From the NCBI GenBank assembly GCA_963836075.1, contig CAWIIB010000009.1, forward strand, positions 1,152,001 to 1,216,000: a stretch of DNA of 64,000 nt. Direction: 5' to 3'. The notes under the pieces are model-generated. The model saw only the letters and a program-made list of their open reading frames with translations, made no database searches and was not told the DNA's origin. Positions within the stretch are counted from its first letter, which is position 1, and every line of letters starts with the position of its first letter. The position numbers were made by a program, and so were the translations under genes. Source of the stretch: an uncultured Acidobacteriota bacterium. GTDB taxonomy: Bacteria > Acidobacteriota > JAQAZP01. Positions 22,339-34,782 of the stretch are shown here, in pieces.

Positions 22339-24937
22339 TTACGGCAGATAATCCGGCCGCTGGTATAAGTTACCCGGGGCGATCCGTGCCCCGCCAACAT
22401 AGTCCCCTTCCTCGAAGACGAGGAAACTCTTGCTCTGAACCAGCGTCAACTCTTTCCCATCATAATTGTAGGTTCCGAGATATGCTGGGTTCCCCGGATG
22501 GGGTCCGGGACCGGTGAGGATTTCTGCCACCCGGTCGTTGTCCACATCACCGCAGGCCACGGTGCAGCCCATCGAATGGGGTAAGCTTGGATAGGCGACG
22601 AAGCTGACCCCGGGTATCGCCGCAACCGCCTCGCCGTCGTAGTTCCAGCCCCGAACGTGGGAATTGAAGATTTCGCTCGGCCCCGGTCCCGTGACGATCT
22701 CGTCAATCCCGTCGCCGTCGATGTCGCCGCAGGCCACGTTGACACCCCAGCGCAGGGTGCCATAGGCGAAATAGCTCACCCCGGGGATTGGCGCGGCCGT
22801 TCCCCCGTCCACGTTCCAACCCCGGACATGGGGGCCGAAGATCGCCCCCGGCCCGGCCCCGGTGACAATCTCGTCCTTCCCATCGCCGTCGATGTCGCCG
22901 CAGGCCACGTTGACCCCCCAGCGGTTGGTGCCGTAGGCCAGGAAACTGACCCCGGGAAGCGGCGAGACCGTCTCCCCGCCGTCCCAGCGCCACCCCCGGA
23001 CATGGGGCCCGTATACAGCCCCCGGTCCGGCCCCGGTGACGATCTCGTCCGCACCGTCGCCGTCGAGATCGCCGCTGGAGACCAGCACGCCGTACCGCGG
23101 CGTGCCGTAGGCCTGGAATGCGGCCAGCCGCTGTCCCTGCCGGTCGAGCACCTGCACCAGGGCAGGATGGTATGGTCCCGGCCCCGGCCCGGTGATCAAC
23201 TCGTCATAGCCATCGCCGTTCAGGTCCCCAGTAGCTGACACCAGCCCATAGCCCTGCACCAGGTAGGGAGAGATACGCTCCGTCCATGTCTCGTGGTAGA
23301 AGGCATCATAGAGCCGAAGTTCGGGCGGGTTGGTCTGATAAAATCCCGGCGAGGCCAGGAAAGCGGGTGGATCGAACAGGTTGCCGTCGGAGAGGACGAC
23401 ATAGATCTGGCCGGCCCAATAAGCTCCTGGATCGTCGTCCCGGCTTGCGCCCGGCGCGGAGCAGATCAGATCTATCAATCCGTCTTTGTTCAGATCCTGC
23501 ATCTCGCTCAGCACGGCTACGCCCTAATCCGGTTGGTAGCCAAGTATCTTGAGCGCCGGGGCATCCATGGAGAAGTCGAGGGCCAGGTGAGGCTGGGTAC
23601 TGACGGGAGCCGGGAAGCACGTAGACCACCCCCTCGTCCTGTTGTCGTTCGGCACAACTGAAGGCCGTGAGGACGAGTTCCTCGCACCCGTCGCCGTCCA
23701 TGTCCCCCCCGGTCATGTCATACCCGAGATACGAGACCTCGAAGGTATCGCCGATGATCTCCAGGTCGGCCTGTTCCGTCTCCAGGTCGATGAAGTGCCC
23801 GGGCGGAAAATCCTGCCCGTAGACCACGAAGACCATGCCTCGCCGGTCCGGGATCGTGTCGATCAATCCCGCGTTGAAACAGATGTCTTTGAATCCGTCG
23901 CCGTTCAGGTCGGCAACGCCGACGACGTCACCGGTCGCTGAAGAGTATTCCCGGCCCCTGATCTCGATATCCGGCGTATCCGATGCGAGATTGATCAGAT
24001 GGTCCTTGGGGAAATCGGTCGAGCCGTAGATGACGTAGACCCGGCCGAAATCGTCGCTCCGCCCCCAGCGAGAGCCGGCGACGATGTCGTCGATCCCGTC
24101 GCCGTTGACGTCCCCTGAGGCGACGCTCAGGCCGAGTTGGTCGGCGTACCCCGCCCCGAAGATCGTGATGTCCGCCGGGGTCTGGACGAGGTCGATCACC
24201 TCGGGAGGATCGAAGGACGCTCTCCCGTACACTACGTGGACCGTGCCGGTACCGAACCCCAGGTGGTTCTGCCCGAACAATTCTCCAATGATGATGTCGT
24301 CGATCCCGTCGCCGTTGACGTCCCCTGAGGCGACATCTTCCCCAAGATGGCCATCGTAGCCCGCATCGTCGTGATGGAAAGTGATGTCGGGCGGATCGGT
24401 CGGGATCTGCAAATGTGTCCCGCCGTTCCAGGAACTCGAGCCAAAGTAGCAGTACACTTGATCGTGTGAATAATCAGAGGAGATAAAATCCAAAATCCCA
24501 TCACCATTGAAATCCACTGAGATGAGGGTGTCACCGATATTTCGAGATATTCCCATGACAGGACCACCCATGATGCTGATGTCGGGCGTAGCATAGCGAA
24601 GATCGAGTCGGCTGTTAAGCAAAGGGCATTCATAGTCAAGGAATACGGAGATTTGACCCAAGCCCCCCTGGGCACTCACGATCAAGTCATCTTGCCCATT
24701 TGCATCGAAATCGAACTTGGAAAAATAAGCTACTAAGTCACTCCGTACGGCCCCGATGACCCGCAGGTCACCGTTGATTTCGCCAAGGTCGTAGACGGTT
24801 TGTGCATCGAGTACGGGCGAATGGAGTATGATGAAGCAAAGGAGAAAGGGGTGAAGAAAACGAACTGTTGCTGAAACAAGCTTCCTTTGTGGGACGAGAA
24901 AATGCCGTTTGCAATTCTCAGTCATTCGCATCTTCAT
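22339..24937 (-). CDS. Secreted integrin-alpha-like FG-GAP protein with C-terminal GPHVR propeller module (frameshifts near 23525-23590)
   Basis: GGAGG RBS and hydrophobic leader. FG-GAP repeats (LGLSVASGDVNGDGIDDIVAGS...GRVYVIYG) and C-terminal repeats AYGT..WGVNVACGDIDGDG.DEIVTG.GPG..FGPHVRGW. Confidence 0.85.
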
Positions 24938-24969
24938 CCCCCCCCTCCAAATGGTATCCGGCGTTGGTA

Positions 24970-27900
24970 TTACTCGAGGGTCTTGAGCATCACTACGTCA
25001 GAGACGAGCAAACGCGATGGTTCTCTTGCTTGCGTACTGCTGCCGGGGACGCTGACCTTGACGATTATCGAATTGAATGCAGGGTCCTCAACCGACACAT
25101 CGAATGTCCCGATTGAAATAAAGCCATCTTCATTTGCTGCGGCGGAATATGCATCAGCATCGCTCTGGTCGATCACCGTGGTGAGCACCGGGCTACCCAG
25201 GTTAGTATCGCCAGCAAGACCGACGAAATAGTCGGTCACGTATACGTCATACTGTGCGGCTGTGGTTGCCAGACTCGAAATGGGAAAGTGAACCATCGCT
25301 TCAATCGTTGCGCTTTCGCCTGAGGTGAAGGTGTAATAGGCACAGGCAGTCGGATCGGAAACGCTCACGACGTCAACATCTCCATTATACCCGGCCGTGT
25401 CATAGCGTTGCCAGCCGTCACCGTACAGCTCGTAATGATCGCCGATGTAGACAGCGGTATCACTGTCTCCGGTTCGGGATGAGCCTCGGCCTTCCTCGCC
25501 GCCATCACCGTTATCAACCTTTTCCTCAAGCCATACCTTGAAGACCATCAGCGCTTTGTCCGGGATTGACAAGTAATCCTGATGCGTGTTGTTTTTATCC
25601 CATGGGCCCCCAATTCTGAGGCCCAGGCCTAGTATTGTTATTATTTCGAGGGAGTAGTTTTCACCGTTATAACTGGGCCCCACACCGAATTCGTCTTCCT
25701 CGATGGAGGGCCAATTGCAGACGGTTGGTTTATCCGGGCTGTGAACGAGTTGCCTGCACACGATATTGCCGGCGCGGACGAGATCGAAGTGCTTGAGGTT
25801 TTGGATGAGGATCCGGACGCTCTTCTCTCTTTCTTTCAGTTCGGAGGGACAACTCCCTGGAAAATTGTCGCAGCCAAAATCTTTTTCGCATATTCCGTAA
25901 TCTCGGTACTCCTGGGCCGTTTCAATCTCATCTATGGATTTCTCTGCCGGATCTCCATTCGGCACGAACCGGGCCAGGTCCAAGACCGTCAGCGAGAGGT
26001 CATCGTTGTTGAGGGCAGTGAAGCACAGGGATTCACCGATCGTTGATGCGTCACCTCGACCGAAATCACCGAAACGCTCGACACGGAGCCCCTGCTCCGG
26101 GACGACGCCGTCATAGGAAACTGTCGCATTGGTGATGGGCCGCCATCCGGACAAGTGGAGCTCCTTGAAAATCCCAGTGAAGCTCTTTCCTGGGGGTGGG
26201 ACAGGGGGAGGGATTGTCTGGTCATCGAACAGGGGGAGAATATGTGATGTAAAGAATACGTCGTCAATGTCACTGAAGATGTTTGAAATCGAGGGCATGA
26301 AGCCCCAGGCAAGAGACATCCACGAAGCTTCGGCAACCAGCTGGATTTCAAAATCGGTATGATTGACAGGGCCCCACAAGTTATCCCAGTTATCGCATTG
26401 GCCAGTGTACTGCCAATTTTCGATGATGCAGTCTCTAATCAATATCTTGCTCAACAACCTGCTCATGTTCTTGTCTCGGGCATTTGTTCGCCTGAAATTC
26501 TGGGAACGAACGGACCGGTTGAACAGGCCGAGGGTGGTTGAGCTTTCGAAGCCGCCGATATCAGAGTGCATAATCCCGTGTTTGGAGGCGCCATAAAGAG
26601 GTTCGTTCGCATTGACGGAGAGAAGTTCTTCGTCGGGTTGCTCGGTTTCAGTTCCATCACCGCTTCCTGGCGTATTTTCGATATTTTCGAGCTCTTCCCG
26701 AAGTCCTTCCATTAGAAGGACGTTTGCCGCAACCTGGGGTATTGCGGGAGAGAGATGGTTGATGCTGTACGTGAGGCTCCCGCCGCTATCGACGAAGAGA
26801 GGCAACCTTGCTGGCGAAAAGTCTAGATGGTTGGCCATGTGCTTCCCATAGAACATGTTATCCAAAGTCATGCCTTTGAGCCCATCATCTGAAAATTCGT
26901 CAATGAGGGATTCGTATGCTCCTGCGATGTATGATCGTTCCGCCTCTATGAGGTCTGCATCGCCGATGTCATCAGATACCGTAAGGCAGGGAAAGAAGTA
27001 TTTTTCTTTGGTTGAGGAGATTCCCGCGAAGGATTCTACATTGTGACCTATCAAGTCAATACAATCAGTGGTAGTTGGGATAGGAATGGTCAACGAATTT
27101 GATTCTTTAGCATCATACAGCAAACTCCATATCGGTCCGAAGTATGGTGGGTCAGTCTGAGGATCATAGTTGTTCTGGTCTTTGTTCGACTGGATGCATG
27201 ATCGATGATTGTGGCTTAGAGAAAGTGGATTGCTCAGATTTATAGGCGAGCAATTGCCAAGAGGATTGTGAAAGGACGAAGTCCATGGCTGTTCATAAAT
27301 CACGGCGTCAACGCCGATGCCATAAAGGAGATCGATAGCTCTTGCGATGTCAGTGTGGTTCTTGTCAAGGAAAAATTCTTGAGTATATCTCAGGCCGTAT
27401 TCATTGGCATTGTTGTTGAAGGTGTTTGAGACTAGTGCGGGTTGACCACCGACGTCTTCGACATATGCCTGATAAAACCCGCCACCATAACTCCATTCGT
27501 ACTCAGAATGGTCATAAAGAAAAGGTCTGGCAAAGTAGTCGCTGCTCTGAAAAAAATCTGTCTGGTATCGATTCGTCGCTTCACGAAACACGGAGGCTTC
27601 AACCCAGTCGGGATTGTCTCCCCGGAACAGGATAAAGCTGAATGGCGTTTCGTTTCTCGTGCCACCTGCATCTTCGGGCAGCAGGCCCAACCTGAATTCG
27701 ACATAGTACCAGCCTGAAAAGGTCTCTTCAGGGTGAAAGACACGATAGCCATAGTGAGAGATCTGGACGGTGTCCGAATCAAGATCATCACCGAAGGAGA
27801 GGCCTCGGCGATAATTGCTCATATTAATCATCAGGGCGCTGTACGGATAGGCGGAAACCTGGATGTTCTCAGAACGCAGTAGGGAAACCTGCTCTCTCGT

Positions 27901-29244
27901 GTCGTTGGGGTAGTTGTCGCAGTAGTAGGCGACTGTCTGCTTCGGGCGGCTGTCAATCGGTCCGGCCATGCGGATGGGTAGGGTGTTCACATTATTGACT
28001 GGATCGATCACTTCTTTATTGTCGAGGTCATCCCACCAGGTCAGTTCCTGCGCCGTCGCGCTGATCGGCAGAGCGAACCCGAGGTCGAGTGTCCGTTCGG
28101 GCATGGTGAACAAAGTGCTGTCCTGATTTTTAAGAGACCCACTTATCAGCAGGTAGTCGCCGTCATCGGTTGAGACCGTTGTCAGGGAAGCTTTCATTTT
28201 GAGGCCCGGGTCGATTAATTCTCCAGTCACTTTCCTCACAAAACTGAAGTCGTCGTTGCCGGTCAGCAAACTACCATCCGTTCTGACATGAACCATTGGT
28301 GGGGCCTTGTAGAAGGCGAAATTGTCGAAGTAGGCAGCATTGTCCACGCCCGTGTTAGGCATGTAGCCTTGGACGATGACACCGACCCGGACGTAGTCGG
28401 CATTACGCGGACGGTAGGAGCGAATGCCGATGGGTGTGAACCGGTCAAGGATCTCCCCATCCGGCGAGACGATCCCGCTGGATTCCCAGGCTTCCGCTTC
28501 CGTGTACGCCAGCACTTCGCCCGCGGTCGGTGTAGAGGGCGTGAATACGTCTGATCCTGTGGGCGGAATGTCTTCGTACCATTCAATCCTGGCGAGGATC
28601 TTGTGGTTGCCATGGTACGTTTCCGTGTCTTCCGGATGGGTTCTCGAGCGATATCCGCACGCGGTGGCAAGGTCGAATGAAAAGCAGAAGAGGTCGTTGG
28701 TGTCCGGGTCAGGATACAGATCGTCGGGGGGCTGGGATTCACTGAGGTAGATATCCTGGTACATCCCTATGAAATAGGGGCCAGTCAAATCAGTTGGGTG
28801 AACTATTTTAGCTGCAGTTGTCGTTCCACTTGATGGGTAGGTCAAGAACGCGCATGAGATGTCCGGTGGAACTTGGTTGCTTGAAAACGTCCAGGTACCC
28901 TGCAAGTCTAAACATGTCAAACAGTCCGTCTCAAAATCAGTGCAGTCCATGAGGTTGCCGTGAGAGTCGAGGTTCTCGGGGAGGCCGGTCTGCTCATTGA
29001 TGGTGTAGTCTCTGATGTAGAATCCGCCGGTCCCGGGGGCACAAAATTGGGGTGTATGGCCATTGATGGAAAGGCTGGTGACTCTGCCGTTCAGGACGGA
29101 GAGCGAAAGACCGTCGGATGTTGTGGCCCCGATGGCGTTCCGGGTATCTGCGGAGAAGAATGACAGCAGGAGTGCAACGAGGGGAATGAAGAGTATGAAT
29201 GTCGGATGCTTCGAGCCAACGAGCCTTGAATATCTCGTATCCAT
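24970..29244 (-). CDS. Large secreted low-GC protein, possibly glycoside-hydrolase-like, with a C-terminal golvesin/xanthan-lyase-like beta-sandwich
   Basis: Intact 1424-aa ORF with signal peptide. Central motifs GMTLDN, DIGGFE, LAWGFMPS and GWRPITNA..LRVERFG; C-terminal VDNGD..GDGW...YTF...IDQS...IGTF...SDVVML. Function is inferred only. Confidence 0.6.
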   Translation of the reverse strand: MDTRYSRLVGSKHPTFILFIPLVALLLSFFSADTRNAIGATTSDGLSLSVLNGRVTSLSINGHTPQFCAPGTGGFYIRDYTINEQTGLPENLDSHGNLMDCTDFETDCLTCLDLQGTWTFSSNQVPPDISCAFLTYPSSGTTTAAKIVHPTDLTGPYFIGMYQDIYLSESQPPDDLYPDPDTNDLFCFSFDLATACGYRSRTHPEDTETYHGNHKILARIEWYEDIPPTGSDVFTPSTPTAGEVLAYTEAEAWESSGIVSPDGEILDRFTPIGIRSYRPRNADYVRVGVIVQGYMPNTGVDNAAYFDNFAFYKAPPMVHVRTDGSLLTGNDDFSFVRKVTGELIDPGLKMKASLTTVSTDDGDYLLISGSLKNQDSTLFTMPERTLDLGFALPISATAQELTWWDDLDNKEVIDPVNNVNTLPIRMAGPIDSRPKQTVAYYCDNYPNDTREQVSLLRSENIQVSAYPYSALMINMSNYRRGLSFGDDLDSDTVQISHYGYRVFHPEETFSGWYYVEFRLGLLPEDAGGTRNETPFSFILFRGDNPDWVEASVFREATNRYQTDFFQSSDYFARPFLYDHSEYEWSYGGGFYQAYVEDVGGQPALVSNTFNNNANEYGLRYTQEFFLDKNHTDIARAIDLLYGIGVDAVIYEQPWTSSFHNPLGNCSPINLSNPLSLSHNHRSCIQSNKDQNNYDPQTDPPYFGPIWSLLYDAKESNSLTIPIPTTTDCIDLIGHNVESFAGISSTKEKYFFPCLTVSDDIGDADLIEAERSYIAGAYESLIDEFSDDGLKGMTLDNMFYGKHMANHLDFSPARLPLFVDSGGSLTYSINHLSPAIPQVAANVLLMEGLREELENIENTPGSGDGTETEQPDEELLSVNANEPLYGASKHGIMHSDIGGFESSTTLGLFNRSVRSQNFRRTNARDKNMSRLLSKILIRDCIIENWQYTGQCDNWDNLWGPVNHTDFEIQLVAEASWMSLAWGFMPSISNIFSDIDDVFFTSHILPLFDDQTIPPPVPPPGKSFTGIFKELHLSGWRPITNATVSYDGVVPEQGLRVERFGDFGRGDASTIGESLCFTALNNDDLSLTVLDLARFVPNGDPAEKSIDEIETAQEYRDYGICEKDFGCDNFPGSCPSELKEREKSVRILIQNLKHFDLVRAGNIVCRQLVHSPDKPTVCNWPSIEEDEFGVGPSYNGENYSLEIITILGLGLRIGGPWDKNNTHQDYLSIPDKALMVFKVWLEEKVDNGDGGEEGRGSSRTGDSDTAVYIGDHYELYGDGWQRYDTAGYNGDVDVVSVSDPTACAYYTFTSGESATIEAMVHFPISSLATTAAQYDVYVTDYFVGLAGDTNLGSPVLTTVIDQSDADAYSAAANEDGFISIGTFDVSVEDPAFNSIIVKVSVPGSSTQAREPSRLLVSDVVMLKTLE

Positions 29245-29376
29245 CGTGGTTCTCCCCGATTGAGGCGCTCTTGGGCGGAAATGTCATGTAGGAAGTTGGG
29301 TAGGTGGACCGTGGGGGAGCGCGGGGAGAACGGGGGATAACTGTTCGTGACGATAGATCGAAATGCTTTGGATTCA

Positions 29377-29407
29377 GGACGGACGGACGGACGGACGGAC
29401 GGACGGA
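29377..29407. repeat. (GGAC)7-GGA tetranucleotide microsatellite
   Basis: Perfect tract GGACGGACGGACGGACGGACGGACGGACGGA upstream of the 1424-aa gene. Confidence 0.95.
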
Positions 29408-29488
29408 TGTTCTTCCTCAGAGAAATATTGATCGGACTAGTTTCGGGTGGTCTCATGATGGATGCTACAAAAAGTAGATACTATGCAA

Positions 29489-29518
29489 AATGTAATGAGT
29501 GGATACGGAAATAGTCAA
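29489..29518 (-). promoter_or_regulatory. Putative sigma70 promoter for the island genes
   Basis: Minus strand TTGACT (29518-29513), 18 nt, TACATT (29494-29489), in AT-rich DNA. Confidence 0.5.
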
Positions 29519-29689
29519 GGCGGAATGAAGAATAGAAGAAATTTAGTAATAATGAGTGTTGTAGAGGGGAGGGAAGAGAGCAATATGGTGGGGATATTAT
29601 CTCAGGCCGGTTCCTGCATTAGGTGATTCTTGCGCTGTTCCAAGGTGGCCCTGTCCAGACTGCCGGCGCCGCATGACGCACCCGCTGGA

Positions 29690-29721
29690 CAAAAAAACGG
29701 GGCGCTGCAGTGCGGCGCCCC
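29690..29721 (-). terminator. Intrinsic terminator of clpB
   Basis: Stem GGGGCGC/GCGCCCC with a 7-A run that reads as a U-tract on the minus strand. Confidence 0.8.
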
Positions 29722-29750
29722 GAGGGGGATGCTCCCCATGCCGATCTGTC

Positions 29751-32406
<2,656 letters not shown>

Positions 32407-32689
32407 GGTACTACCCCCTCTATTCATTCCATCGGGGCCTTTCCCCGTTTGTTTTCAGGCCCGGAGCGCCGTGATCCGGCGCTCTCGGGAAGTATGTGAA
32501 CGGCACCGGCGGCGGTGATTCCCGCCTGCCGCACCGGGCGGTCCGGGCTTCCTCTTCGGAGATTGACGCCGGGGGAGTTGCTCGGACAATAGGTCTATAA
32601 GATCGGGTCTGGTCTGCGTCAACTTCCATCAGCAAATTTGATATGATTGGACAACTGTCATCCCAGGCACTCATCCGAGGAGGACCGCC

Positions 32690-34462
32690 ATGTCCGGAAG
32701 CGCGCGTGTCGTCGTCGTGACGATCGGTGCGGCAGTCCGTACCGCACTCGTCTGTTTCGTCATTATCCTCTTGCTCATCCCCGCCTCAACGCTCGCCGCC
32801 GAGGACCAGCAGCCGCCAAATACCATGCCGATCCAGGCCACGGTGAGCGTGGAGTGGGACGTGGAGAACGATTCGACGAGAAACGAAGGATCGATGTCCC
32901 TGCACATGCAGGGCACGGTGCGACTCGCTCCCGAGGTGAGCGTGATGGATCCTGCCGCCCCGCCGGGGACGATCATCACCTATTCCGCCGAAGGGGTCGG
33001 CGTCACGTTCTCTTACGAGGAGAAGGTGTTCCAGGAGGACCCGCCCCGAGGATGTCCGGCCCTGCTGGCCGAGTACCAGGGCACCGGGAACTTCACCCTG
33101 AAGAAGATCAACACCGCCATGACCTCGGGGCTCAACATCCGCAAGATGGGCAGCCTGGTTCCCCAGGCCATGCTGCAGTTCGCGCCGCCGGAAGCGAAGG
33201 AGATGATGATCGACTACTACGACTTCTTAGCCCTGGCCGAAAAGCAGACGGTGAGCGGCCGCAGGCGTGGCTGGAACGACTGCATCTACAAAGCGGTATC
33301 AAAGGAGGTCAACGCGGCTCAGCTCGCGATCCGCTTCCGGATCACCGACGACGGGAAGATGACCGGAAGCCGGAAATGGACGGTGGACGGGAACTCCGGT
33401 GATCCGTCCTTCCATATCCGGGTCTCCGACTTGCCGCAGAGGATTGAACGGCGGCCGCTGGTGCCTGAGCCCGATGGGGAGGGCATCAGCTATGCGGTGA
33501 ACTGGACCTTCGGCGAGGTGGACCCCTACGTGCAGGTTCAGCGGAAGGAGGGCGGGCAGTGGGTCCCGATCACCGAGGAGCCGGTCAAGGTCAAGGTGGG
33601 GGAGAAGCTCGAACTGCGCGGGACGGTGATGCCCGAGGACAAGGACACCGGCAGGGGCACGTGGACCGTGCCGGGCCGGCCGGTCCAGGACTTCATCGTG
33701 GAGGGGAACAGCGGCTACGCCGATTGGCTTGAGGATAGCGAGCTGGATACTCAGGAAATTCAGTTCCACTGGTGGGACGGCGAGGACGGCCTGGAGGTGA
33801 AATATGTAACCACCTCCAGCGACGGGAAGCAGCTCACCGGCAGCGCGGCGTTCGACATCAAGGAACCGGACACGGTACTGCGGGCCTACCTCGACCACGG
33901 CCAGTTTCAGGTCATCGAGGTGAAATACACCGACCCGGATGGCACCCCCCACCAGGGGACCGAGCTGGTTCTGGGCGCCGGCAACGGCGAAACCATCCGT
34001 TTCTGCCACGACCCGCTGCCGGGCGGGTTCCAGCCAGGGTCCACGCAGTTCGTGCAGCAAGTGCGCACCACCGGCCGGGCGACCAAGCACAAGGACGCGC
34101 TTGCCGGCCCCTGCATGCAGATCGAGAACGAAGGCCTGGACGGGTCCTACCCTTATGCGCCGGGGCCGGAAACCCGGGACAGCCCGGGCGTGCCGGTGAG
34201 TATGTACGACTTGTCCATTTCGGTGTCCCACGAGTTCACCACCCAGTTGATGTACAAGCCGGATATCGACGGGGCGATCTTCGTCCCGCTCAGCGAAATG
34301 GACTGGTTCTGGACCGGCAACTGCAGCCGTGGTTCAATCGTCGACAACTGGACCATTGGCGACTCAAATGCCCACGCCCCGGCCACCGGCACCCCTGCCG
34401 AAGCCTGGATGGAATGGGACCGCATCAGCACCGGTGAGGAGGTGTGGGACGCCTGCCCATAG
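32690..34462 (+). CDS. Secreted hypothetical protein (beta-rich, 590 aa)
   Basis: GAGGAGG RBS, hydrophobic leader ending ASTLA-AED, intact ORF. No family recognised. Confidence 0.75.
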   Translation: MSGSARVVVVTIGAAVRTALVCFVIILLLIPASTLAAEDQQPPNTMPIQATVSVEWDVENDSTRNEGSMSLHMQGTVRLAPEVSVMDPAAPPGTIITYSAEGVGVTFSYEEKVFQEDPPRGCPALLAEYQGTGNFTLKKINTAMTSGLNIRKMGSLVPQAMLQFAPPEAKEMMIDYYDFLALAEKQTVSGRRRGWNDCIYKAVSKEVNAAQLAIRFRITDDGKMTGSRKWTVDGNSGDPSFHIRVSDLPQRIERRPLVPEPDGEGISYAVNWTFGEVDPYVQVQRKEGGQWVPITEEPVKVKVGEKLELRGTVMPEDKDTGRGTWTVPGRPVQDFIVEGNSGYADWLEDSELDTQEIQFHWWDGEDGLEVKYVTTSSDGKQLTGSAAFDIKEPDTVLRAYLDHGQFQVIEVKYTDPDGTPHQGTELVLGAGNGETIRFCHDPLPGGFQPGSTQFVQQVRTTGRATKHKDALAGPCMQIENEGLDGSYPYAPGPETRDSPGVPVSMYDLSISVSHEFTTQLMYKPDIDGAIFVPLSEMDWFWTGNCSRGSIVDNWTIGDSNAHAPATGTPAEAWMEWDRISTGEEVWDACP

Positions 34463-34474
34463 GCTACTTCATTC

Positions 34475-34543
34475 CAGCCGCCCTACGCGCCCTCGGGTGA
34501 CGTCGACATCAGGCCGGTGACGGTGACGGCATACGCGCCGTAG
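34475..34543 (+). pseudogene. Orphan 3' fragment of the PYNQPPY C-terminal domain
   Basis: Reads QPPYAPSGDVDIRPVTVTAYAP-stop, matching the last 22 aa of the four full CTDs. Confidence 0.85.
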
Positions 34544-34782
34544 GCGGCAGCAGGAGATCGATGTTCGGCGATTGCGGGGGCGCCGGTGATGGAGAACACC
34601 GGCGCCTCCAGTTTCATCCCCCTCCTTTTCACCAGAAAAAACCCGCCAGCTCATGTCCGGATTCTCTCCTGTTTGTCGCTATTTGTTACAGAGGGATATT
34701 CGGATGTGACGGACCGGTCCCTAGATTTCTACGACGGTTCATTCGTTTTTTTTGACCTGATTCTGTAACGGAGGAGTAACCG
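34544..34782 (+). repeat. Intergenic unit copy 1 (hairpin plus conserved leader), homologous to 36760-36998
   Basis: Shared blocks GCGGGGGCG.CGGTGAT...AC.CCGGCGCC, TGTCCGGATTCTC, TTGTCGCT, TACAGAGGGA...GTCCCT, CGACGGTTCATTCGTTTT and GGAGGA...ACCGATG. Confidence 0.85.

Larger units (their letters stand above)
22191..29689. mobile_element. Putative integrase-less genomic island at the 3' end of clpB
   Basis: Bounded by direct repeats of the clpB 3' end. Contains low-GC DNA (line 27181: 25/60 GC, versus clpB line 30541: 42/60). No recombinase gene inside. Confidence 0.6.

Noticed and set aside
32430-32690. Heat-shock operator (CIRCE, HAIR or CtsR box) upstream of clpB
   Set aside because: No matching inverted or direct repeat was found by eye.
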